From IMG/VR virus record IMGVR_UViG_3300045988_152201: a stretch of DNA of 39,912 nucleotides; one strand, given 5' to 3'. The notes beneath the pieces were generated by a model. It was not told the DNA's origin. It did not search any database and saw nothing but the letters and a program-made list of their open reading frames with translations. Made by a program: the position numbers and the translations under genes. The DNA comes from a virus. Below are positions 15,360-22,492 of this stretch, one piece after another (within the stretch, counting starts at the first letter, position 1; each line of letters starts with the position of its first letter).

Positions 15360-15848
15360 TTATTTCATGATTTTGTATCTCCTTAACCCGTAATAGATGG
15401 CAACGGACACGGCCACGGCAAGCAGCCCGATAGCCTTGCCCCCGTAGTTTATTTTAACCTGCTGCCATTTGGTAAGCTGTTTTTCTACCGGGACAGGGAC
15501 TTCAACATCTCTATCGACATATATTTCCCTTGACGGGAGATATAAGGTGTCTTTCTTTATCCTCATGTCAGCAATCACATGCCCCAAGCTGTCGAGTTTG
15601 AATTGCAAATCCACATTCCGGCTGTTCGCCATGTCAAGCCACCGCAATACGACTTTGCCCCTCTCATCGCATTCCACCAACGCCCTTATTGTCGCACTGT
15701 CGGCAGGTACAGGGTATGGAACAAGACGGTCTATGTAGACTGAATCGTGCCTGCTCTCGACTGGCACGTATTTTATATGCGTGCGGCAACCGGACAGGCA
15801 CAAGGCTAACGATATTGTAATACAAAACAGCCTCATAACAGATTCCAC
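15360..15848 (-). CDS. Lipoprotein with a C-terminal transmembrane anchor (unimolecular-spanin-like)
   Basis: 162 aa. It has a lipobox LALCLSGC near the N-terminus and a C-terminal TM segment AIGLLAVAVSVAIYYGL. It overlaps the end of the endolysin gene. Confidence 0.5.
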   Translation of the reverse strand: MESVMRLFCITISLALCLSGCRTHIKYVPVESRHDSVYIDRLVPYPVPADSATIRALVECDERGKVVLRWLDMANSRNVDLQFKLDSLGHVIADMRIKKDTLYLPSREIYVDRDVEVPVPVEKQLTKWQQVKINYGGKAIGLLAVAVSVAIYYGLRRYKIMK

Positions 15849-16237
15849 CCTTTGATAACGTCAGTCATTACCGCCTCGACCCCGTTCTCGACCTTGCTCA
15901 TGCCTGCGACAATCCTTATCATCTGCTCACGGTCGTTGATGTTTATCGGGTCGTCCGGCTTGATCCCGGCATAACCCGATACGGCATCGATGTAAGCTGC
16001 CGTATTGTTCTCCTTTTCCGGGGCCCAGCGTGTGATCATCTTGCGGATTGTGTACAGTGCGTACTTGGTGTGATAGTTGCGCAATATCTTAAAAATAGCC
16101 CGGTAGCCGTATGCGGGCGTCTCAAACTGTTTAAAAGACTTGTCCGTGCTTGGTCTTATTTCGCCCCTGAACAGGTCCCCGTTGATACGTATGTTCCCCG
16201 GATTGTTGTTCCTTAATCCTCTTGCTTTTTTCTTCAT
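15833..16237 (-). CDS. Putative endolysin / peptidoglycan hydrolase (RNNNPGNIR-motif family)
   Basis: 134 aa. The N-terminal GLRNNNPGNIR motif occurs in small phage lysins that are often labelled 'structural protein P5'. It is flanked by membrane proteins. Confidence 0.5.
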   Translation of the reverse strand: MKKKARGLRNNNPGNIRINGDLFRGEIRPSTDKSFKQFETPAYGYRAIFKILRNYHTKYALYTIRKMITRWAPEKENNTAAYIDAVSGYAGIKPDDPININDREQMIRIVAGMSKVENGVEAVMTDVIKGWNLL

Positions 16238-16289
16238 GATAAAATCCTCTATTGGTTTGATTAATAACTCGATTATGATTAATTAAATA

Positions 16290-16679
16290 CTAAAACTCGC
16301 TCGGCGGCTCCCGGTCCGGGCATCCGTGCTTGTTGCATTTGCGGAACTCTAATGCGCTGTTCTTGATCACAAGCTCCGTGTTCTGCTTTGTCAACGCCCT
16401 TACCCTTGTACGATATTCGTCCATTTGTGCATACAGCGAGTCTATCTTTGCATCAAGCTGTTCTACACGTATCTCCTTCTTCTCGTACAGCTCTTTCCAC
16501 TCTGCCGCATATTGCGTTATGGTGTCAGCCTCTGCTTTTTTAGCCTCAGCCTCCGCCTTGCGCTTGTTATACTCCCTGTACCCCCAATATCCAGCAAGGG
16601 GTATTATTACGGCTGTCACGATGCCTCCTGCGACATCAGACAGCATGCTAAGCGTAGCCAATAATCCTTCTTCCATCAT
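16290..16679 (-). CDS. Membrane-anchored coiled-coil protein (holin- or spanin-like)
   Basis: 129 aa with an N-terminal TM segment GGIVTAVIIPLAGYWGY followed by a charged coiled coil. It lies immediately upstream of the endolysin. Confidence 0.4.
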   Translation of the reverse strand: MMEEGLLATLSMLSDVAGGIVTAVIIPLAGYWGYREYNKRKAEAEAKKAEADTITQYAAEWKELYEKKEIRVEQLDAKIDSLYAQMDEYRTRVRALTKQNTELVIKNSALEFRKCNKHGCPDREPPSEF

Positions 16680-16688
16680 CGTGGTGAT

Positions 16689-16925
16689 TTATATGATTAA
16701 CGCCTCCGCTTCCGACTCCTCCTGTTCCTCCCTCAGTGCGCATATCTCCTGCTCAAGCCTGTTGATCGTCTCCCTCGCCTCCTTGCGCAGCCTCTTGGTC
16801 TCAGCGTCCATCGCCTCGCCACCGTCAAGCTCACGCAGCAGCTTATAGTCCATGCCGTTAAGCAGGTTTCTCGCCTCGATGATCCTCTTCTCCCGTCCGT
16901 TGATTTCCAGTTCCAAATCTTTCAT
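16689..16925 (-). CDS. Small coiled-coil protein
   Basis: 78 aa and highly charged. It has an ATGA overlap with the RT stop. Confidence 0.5.
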   Translation of the reverse strand: MKDLELEINGREKRIIEARNLLNGMDYKLLRELDGGEAMDAETKRLRKEARETINRLEQEICALREEQEESEAEALII

Positions 16926-18103
16926 GCATAAATCCTCCTAAATTTATAGTCAATAAAATCGTTATGTTTATACCCGTCCTTCGCCACAACGCACAGCCTG
17001 TCCCAGTCCATGTCCACGTAAGCTTTCCATCCTCCGCCTACCATGTCCCAAAGCCGCTCGATGTTGCGGAACTCGTTCTTGTTTTTCAGCAAGCCCAAAT
17101 ACGAGTTAATCGTGCTGACGAACTGATCCAGCTTGCCAAGCTTGCCCTTGCAGGTGTTTAGCTCCCCGATTCTCGCCTTCGCCTTGCGAAGCGTTCGACC
17201 CGCTATGTAAACCCTGTCACCTTTGATGTAACACCCAAGGAATTTAACGCCTTTTGCCACCTCCTGACAGCTGAATTTTCTCGGGTGCATCGTTGAGCCG
17301 ACAGCCCTATACCTCTCACGGAAGAGAGGCAACAAGGCCAACGCAGCCTCTTTGTTCTCAACTATCAATGCAGTATCGTCCATGAACCTTGTATAAAATA
17401 GCCCCATATCGTCAACCGCCCAATGGTCTATGTCGCTGTAATACAGGTTCATCGTCACCTGCCATATCAGGAAGCCTATTACGCCTCCAATCCCATAGTC
17501 CTTGTCTAATATGCTTTTCCCGGGCTTGATTAATCCCCATTCCTCGATCGAGCTCTTGCGATAAAAGTGATATTGCGGATTTGCATGTATTGCAATCATA
17601 GACATCCATAACAAATCCTCCTTGTCCTCGCCTTCGTACCGCTCGATAAGCCTCCTCAATATGCCGTAAGCAATGCCGCAGTCGGCATTAGGGAAGCATC
17701 CCTGCAAGTCCCATTGGATTGCGTATGCCGCCCGGGTAAAGTTGCAGCTGACCGTCCGTATGTCATCTATCACGTTGTTGACCGCAGCTTCGACGCCCAT
17801 GCCGATGCGGTTGTTGAAGGTGCGCCCGGAAAGCTCACGCTCGAATATGTCCGACATCCTCCATACAACGTACCATTGTATCATGCGGCTCTCGAACTCG
17901 CTTCCGAACACCTCCCTGGGCTGCGGATATTTTGAAATAAAGGCATAGTTATGGTCGCATCGCATGGTGCGCTCGTTGATCATGGAAAGCAGCTTGTCCA
18001 GCTTCGCTTCGTAATCAAGCTCGAAGAGCACGGCGTCCTCGCTCCTGCGCTTGTTCGCACGGGCAAGCCAATATACAGTATATAAATCCTCTATCCTTAC
18101 CAT
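16922..18103 (-). CDS. DGR reverse transcriptase
   Basis: The ORF-track frame is 16922..18232. The likely start is the ATG at 18103 (MVRIEDLY…), preceded by AGGGAG and just past the TR. It carries RT motifs including IGFLIWQ (the DGR-type [ILV]GxxxSQ with W replacing S) and catalytic RFMDD. Confidence 0.9.
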   Translation of the reverse strand: MVRIEDLYTVYWLARANKRRSEDAVLFELDYEAKLDKLLSMINERTMRCDHNYAFISKYPQPREVFGSEFESRMIQWYVVWRMSDIFERELSGRTFNNRIGMGVEAAVNNVIDDIRTVSCNFTRAAYAIQWDLQGCFPNADCGIAYGILRRLIERYEGEDKEDLLWMSMIAIHANPQYHFYRKSSIEEWGLIKPGKSILDKDYGIGGVIGFLIWQVTMNLYYSDIDHWAVDDMGLFYTRFMDDTALIVENKEAALALLPLFRERYRAVGSTMHPRKFSCQEVAKGVKFLGCYIKGDRVYIAGRTLRKAKARIGELNTCKGKLGKLDQFVSTINSYLGLLKNKNEFRNIERLWDMVGGGWKAYVDMDWDRLCVVAKDGYKHNDFIDYKFRRIYA

Positions 18104-18124
18104 AATCTCCCTGTCATACAAATT

Positions 18125-18250
18125 CGGGCCACAGCCGCCACCGCAAAGCGATAGTTGAAGCTGTTGTTGTCGCATACCCCGTAGCCGTTCGAGTACCAAG
18201 CGTAGCAGGCGCTGGAACGGCTGCATGACCAACGATTAGCGGTGCCGCTG
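18125..18250 (-). repeat. DGR template repeat (TR)
   Basis: The 126-bp TR is 112/126 identical to 18789..18914 at a constant offset of 664. It lies between avd and the RT start. The 94-aa ORF spanning it is not considered coding. Confidence 0.85.
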
Positions 18251-18350
18251 TATGGGTGTCCTTGCTGTCGTAGCCATAAATGATGGCAGACACTCCTTTT
18301 ATATTTCCGGACGTGGTCGCACCTCTGGTGTGCGACTCTTGCCGAGCGGA

Positions 18351-18722
18351 TTATTCCGATATCACCATGCTGTTGCGCCATTTTTCTATGCCTTCATGTA
18401 GTTTTACTGTCAATTCCTTTATCTCATTCACAAGTCCGGGCACTTTAAGCATCTTCGCTTCTCCGTCCACTACCATGCGTATCTCCACTTTTAGGGCTTC
18501 GAAATGGGCTGACATAGCGTCAACATACCTACGCTTATCGACAAGTCTGTCTTCACGGTATGCCAATGCAAAGTTTGATATGATAGCCTCAGTGTGATCC
18601 AACATGCGGGTTACTAAAACAGGACGATCCCGCTTCGGTATTTCAAATTGTGCTTTATAAATCGTCCTTAGCAAGTTTTGAGCATCCACGTAGATGCCTG
18701 ATTTGTCTATTTTCCGTGCCAT
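18351..18722 (-). CDS. avd: DGR accessory variability determinant (Avd), four-helix-bundle protein
   Basis: 123 aa from the second Met (MARKIDKSGIYVDAQNLL…); the track frame extends to 18755. It is basic and helical, resembling 23S-rRNA-IVS/Avd family proteins, and sits between VR and TR. Confidence 0.75.
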   Translation of the reverse strand: MARKIDKSGIYVDAQNLLRTIYKAQFEIPKRDRPVLVTRMLDHTEAIISNFALAYREDRLVDKRRYVDAMSAHFEALKVEIRMVVDGEAKMLKVPGLVNEIKELTVKLHEGIEKWRNSMVISE

Positions 18723-18737
18723 TTTTTTGGTGATAAT

Positions 18738-18761
18738 GCGCCCGTGACGTAGCACGGACGC
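18738..18761 (-). promoter_or_regulatory. GC-rich hairpin downstream of VR (DGR target-site structure candidate)
   Basis: On the minus strand, GCGTCCGTG-ctacgt-CACGGGCGC forms 9 bp with one G:T. It begins 12 nt after the target-gene stop codon. Confidence 0.5.
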
Positions 18762-18772
18762 AATGTTAATAT

Positions 18773-19945
18773 TTAATCGAGTTTAAAGCGGGCCACAGCC
18801 GACACCGCAAAGCGATAGTTGAAGCTGTTGCGGTCGCATACCCCGTAGCCGCCCGAGCACCAAGCGTCGTTGGCGTAGGAACGGCCGCATGACCAACGAT
18901 GAGCGGTGCTGCTGATTTGACTCCAACCCTTTCGCACCCCGAGGGCTATATTAACAGGGTCGATCGGCTGCTTTGTGTCCTTTGTGATGTCTCTCATTAA
19001 TCGCCCTAATTCGCTAAATCCAGCCTGATGGAACGTTCCCGGGCCATATCCGTCTACTCCACAGTCATACTGATTAGCCCACACCGCACCAGGATAAGCA
19101 TATGTTTCCACGCCTCTTATCAGTAGCTTTTTTGACAGTAGCCTGTCTGCCAGCTCCTTACCATCCCTGTATCGCATAATGCCGACTCCCCTGTCCGGCT
19201 CTGCGGCTCTCACCATGCAAGCATCGAGATAATCCTCATATGTCGAAAAGTGCGCCCTTAAACCGTCCCCAAAATCCCCGTCATAGTATGCTCGAGAGCA
19301 AGGATAAGTAATAAATAGCCTCGTCTCGCCATCCATCCTTGATTCGGGATTGTTATTTTTATCAGTACTCTTTTCAGCCCATTCACCAAGCCTTGCTCTG
19401 CATATCCCGTTATAAATAGCTTTTTGCAATATCTGATTGCGTGTAGTGGATACCGTGCTGTCTGCCAACTCCTCGCCTACACGCTTGCGCAGCTTGCAGC
19501 CAGCTACCGAACAGGCACTCTCATAAAGCGTGTAATCAGACAGTTGCAAAACGGCTGTCTCCCCGTCCATGTACGCCTCCCATTTCGGTGCATTTACCGA
19601 TAACCACGTGTTCAGCTGCGACACAAACTCATCCTTTGTCCCGTCCGATTTTGTGTAGCTAAAGTTGCCGACAACCTTATCATGCAACCTGACCTCGCAC
19701 TCAGCCGATTCGGCAGGGATTGCCTCAATCTCGTAATCTGCCGCCTCCGACCACCTAAACGTCTTATCATTAACTCCTGCTACAACATCATACAGCTTGC
19801 CGAACACGTCATACACAACGCCAACAGCCTGTAATGCGTCAGCCTCTTCATTTGTCACGTCCGCTCCACTGACAAACATTTTACTTCCGTCCTTGATAAA
19901 AAATATGTCACCCACCTTCGGGTATCGTCTAATCTTGTCGCCCAT
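18773..19945 (-). CDS. DGR target protein (C-type-lectin/DUF1566-like variable C-terminus), probable receptor-binding accessory protein
   Basis: 390 aa. The C-terminus AHRWSCGRSYANDAWCSGGYGVCDRNSFNYRFAVSAVARF is encoded by the VR. It lies directly downstream of the tail-fibre genes. Confidence 0.85.
   Translation of the reverse strand: MGDKIRRYPKVGDIFFIKDGSKMFVSGADVTNEEADALQAVGVVYDVFGKLYDVVAGVNDKTFRWSEAADYEIEAIPAESAECEVRLHDKVVGNFSYTKSDGTKDEFVSQLNTWLSVNAPKWEAYMDGETAVLQLSDYTLYESACSVAGCKLRKRVGEELADSTVSTTRNQILQKAIYNGICRARLGEWAEKSTDKNNNPESRMDGETRLFITYPCSRAYYDGDFGDGLRAHFSTYEDYLDACMVRAAEPDRGVGIMRYRDGKELADRLLSKKLLIRGVETYAYPGAVWANQYDCGVDGYGPGTFHQAGFSELGRLMRDITKDTKQPIDPVNIALGVRKGWSQISSTAHRWSCGRSYANDAWCSGGYGVCDRNSFNYRFAVSAVARFKLD
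18789..18914 (-). repeat. DGR variable repeat (VR)
   Basis: It matches the TR with 14 mismatches. Eight fall at TR coding-strand adenines (TR plus-strand T at 18167, 18168, 18188, 18189, 18194, 18213, 18222, 18237). Confidence 0.85.
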
Positions 19946-19952
19946 AATAAAA

Positions 19953-20858
19953 TCAATTTAATACAACCCAGTCGCTTACACTATTTGCCCCAAATGCCAT
20001 GTAAACCTTTCTTTTAGCTAAATCCATATATATCTGCCCTGCGAAATCCGGTGCTACCGATGGGGCGTCTACCGCAAATACCGTGATTGGCAGACCGCAT
20101 ATTGTCGGCCATTCCTGCGTGTCCATACTGATTGCTTCCATCCTTCCTGCCCTGTCTCTCGCCTCTATCAAACGTTCGATATCCCCTGCGTTTTGCGTTG
20201 CCTTTTCGGTCACTCCGTCAAGCTGCGCTTGTCTTTTCCCCTCCGCTTCGACCCTCGCTTGCTCCGCTTTTTCCCTTTCCGCTTCCGCTGCAATGCGCTG
20301 CTGCTCCGCTTCGACCCGCAAGGTTTCATTGCTCGCACGGTCAACCTCTGATGACACTCGTTCCTTTTCCGTTTCCGTCCTTGCCGCCTCTGCCGCTGCC
20401 CTCCCCGACTCTGCTTGCACCCTTGCCGCCTCGGCTTCGTTGCGCTGCTGCTCCGCTGTTGTACGCTCAGCCTCGCCTTGCAAAATCTCTTTGTACAGCT
20501 TGTTGACCTCTTCGAGGTTGGCTCGTGCCGCCTCCGCTGCATTATTTGCAGCTTCCGTAGCTCGTACCAGCTCGTCAAATTGCTGTTGCTTCTGCGTTAA
20601 AAACTCCTCCTCCGTGCCTTCAAACCTGCCAGTCCTGACACACATCTCATACCAGCTGTCTCCTCGCTTAGCCAGCAGCATCCAAGTGCCTTCGAGACTG
20701 TCGGTTGATGGATCAATGCCTACGTTGTCTTTCAGTGCCATGTAGCTTTGCCCGTCCTTTGCTACGATATCGAGCACATGATACTGCGTGCTTGCGTTGT
20801 AGGTCTTTCTGCCGACAACCGCCACCTTGCCTAATACTACCTCTTTTGTTACCATCAT
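19953..20858 (-). CDS. Tail fibre-like protein with a long A/E/R-rich coiled coil
   Basis: 301 aa. It has a globular N-terminus, a central stretch of EAER/AEAAR-type heptads, and a C-terminal globular domain. It lies within the fibre gene block. Confidence 0.55.
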   Translation of the reverse strand: MMVTKEVVLGKVAVVGRKTYNASTQYHVLDIVAKDGQSYMALKDNVGIDPSTDSLEGTWMLLAKRGDSWYEMCVRTGRFEGTEEEFLTQKQQQFDELVRATEAANNAAEAARANLEEVNKLYKEILQGEAERTTAEQQRNEAEAARVQAESGRAAAEAARTETEKERVSSEVDRASNETLRVEAEQQRIAAEAEREKAEQARVEAEGKRQAQLDGVTEKATQNAGDIERLIEARDRAGRMEAISMDTQEWPTICGLPITVFAVDAPSVAPDFAGQIYMDLAKRKVYMAFGANSVSDWVVLN

Positions 20859-21436
20859 ATTATCATTTTTAAATATCCATCCGCATCTATCTTAATCTCG
20901 TCTCCTTGATAGTAGTCCGGGGCAACCGCTTTGAGGATACCTGTATCCGGGTTGATGTAAAACTTCGGGTAAGCAAACGTGCCGTCCCTGCCCTCCGCCC
21001 TTACTCCTGTGTCAACACCATCAACAATCCAGTTCCCGTTGTCGCCTATTACGGGTATGACGGGCTTGATTTTAGACAGGTCGATTGTTGATTCAAGGGC
21101 GAGCGATTCGATTGACACGTTGCCGCACCCTCCGTCTGACACGCACGACCTTGACACGAGCCGGAACGGAGAGCATACATCGACCGTCACCATCCCCTCT
21201 TTGCCCTGATTTTCGACAAGCGTCAGGGTGTGTGGACCTGTTGTTTTTTGGTCTTTCCCGTAAAAAACCCATGTCAGCACATTACCGCTGACAGAAAAAC
21301 CTTTTACCTCGTTTGCCCTTGTTATCGTAGTGACAATGAGCTTTAAGTCCTTGCCCTCAAGGTTGTAAGCATCTCCGCCAACAAGATTGAGTTTCCATTG
21401 TATCGCTATGTCGTTACCTATCCTTATGCTCCTCAT
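20855..21436 (-). CDS. Tail/baseplate-associated hypothetical protein
   Basis: 193-aa ORF that is translationally coupled (4-nt overlap) within the fibre block. Confidence 0.5.
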   Translation of the reverse strand: MRSIRIGNDIAIQWKLNLVGGDAYNLEGKDLKLIVTTITRANEVKGFSVSGNVLTWVFYGKDQKTTGPHTLTLVENQGKEGMVTVDVCSPFRLVSRSCVSDGGCGNVSIESLALESTIDLSKIKPVIPVIGDNGNWIVDGVDTGVRAEGRDGTFAYPKFYINPDTGILKAVAPDYYQGDEIKIDADGYLKMII

Positions 21437-21463
21437 ATCTATTTATTTTAGTTAGTTAATTAA

Positions 21464-22492
21464 TTACTCATACATGATAAGGTAATTTACCTCTGCTTTA
21501 ACTATATAATTGACATATAGTACAAGTTTGCCACTTGATGGCAAATTCTCGTTAGCATGTTCTTTGGTAAACGTCCACTCTTGATACGGTCCAAGAGAGC
21601 CTGTATCAAATTTATCAATGTAATAAACAGTATTTCCGAATGTGTCTGCCACATGGACAACGCATTGATTGATAATTTCATTACTTCCTGTTACATTCTT
21701 GATTCTAACTGTATATGTCAATACTCCGTTTGCATATACTCCTTGTACATGCCCTTCAACCGTAGAAGACTTGATTGACATAGGACGAATGTCCCCCATC
21801 GGCAAAGCGTAGAATTTTGTCGGGCCTTCGGCGGAAGAATTAAAACTTGGTTTTCTACGCTGAGATATGAATGTAAAAACCTGTGCAGTACCTGTAGTAA
21901 ATACTGTATCAGTATAGCCAGCAACTGGAGCAGTAACTGACATATTACCTGCTGTGCTATTTGTCATCCAATACACTGTAGACCCTCTCACTATAGCCAA
22001 TCCAAAATACCATTCCGTATCTAATCCGTCAAATATGTCTGTCGGAGGAATTTCATAATCTTCATAATTGCCATTTTTATATATCGCTGTTACGGTCATA
22101 CTGGTAGCAGACTGATATATTATTCCGGGAATCGGGGAGTCCCTAAGCACTGGTAAAGCCGCCGGATTATATCCTGCGAAATCACCGAGGCGATAATTAT
22201 TTGCTGGTTTATTATGGAAATATTGCTTTTCTCCGTTCTTTAATGAATTATATAAATCATTGGGAGAACTGTGCTGTTTTATTGAAATGCCGCAATCCAG
22301 CAGCGCACCCTTCCACCAGTCGGTCGGGCGGTCTGTAAAATGATGGATGACTGGCTTATATTTGCTCCAAATGTTTATCCTGTCGGAGGTGCACAGCTTG
22401 GATAGCCGTGTCTCCAGCTTACCGTTGACCACTTCGCCTATAGTGCAAGCCACATGATATAATTGTCGTATATTCGTCTTAGGTATGTTCAT
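21464..22492 (-). CDS. Hypothetical tail-fibre-region protein (AT-richer cassette)
   Basis: 342-aa ORF with a 4-nt overlap onto the upstream fibre gene. Its composition is visibly more AT-rich than its neighbours. Confidence 0.55.
   Translation of the reverse strand: MNIPKTNIRQLYHVACTIGEVVNGKLETRLSKLCTSDRINIWSKYKPVIHHFTDRPTDWWKGALLDCGISIKQHSSPNDLYNSLKNGEKQYFHNKPANNYRLGDFAGYNPAALPVLRDSPIPGIIYQSATSMTVTAIYKNGNYEDYEIPPTDIFDGLDTEWYFGLAIVRGSTVYWMTNSTAGNMSVTAPVAGYTDTVFTTGTAQVFTFISQRRKPSFNSSAEGPTKFYALPMGDIRPMSIKSSTVEGHVQGVYANGVLTYTVRIKNVTGSNEIINQCVVHVADTFGNTVYYIDKFDTGSLGPYQEWTFTKEHANENLPSSGKLVLYVNYIVKAEVNYLIMYE

Noticed and set aside
18097-18381. 94-aa minus-strand ORF ending …NSFNYRFAVAAVARICMTGRLW, resembling a second DGR target
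   Set aside because: It is the template repeat read as protein. It has no upstream domain, overlaps the RT start region and sits exactly where a TR is expected. I saw no other copy of the repeat in the window.
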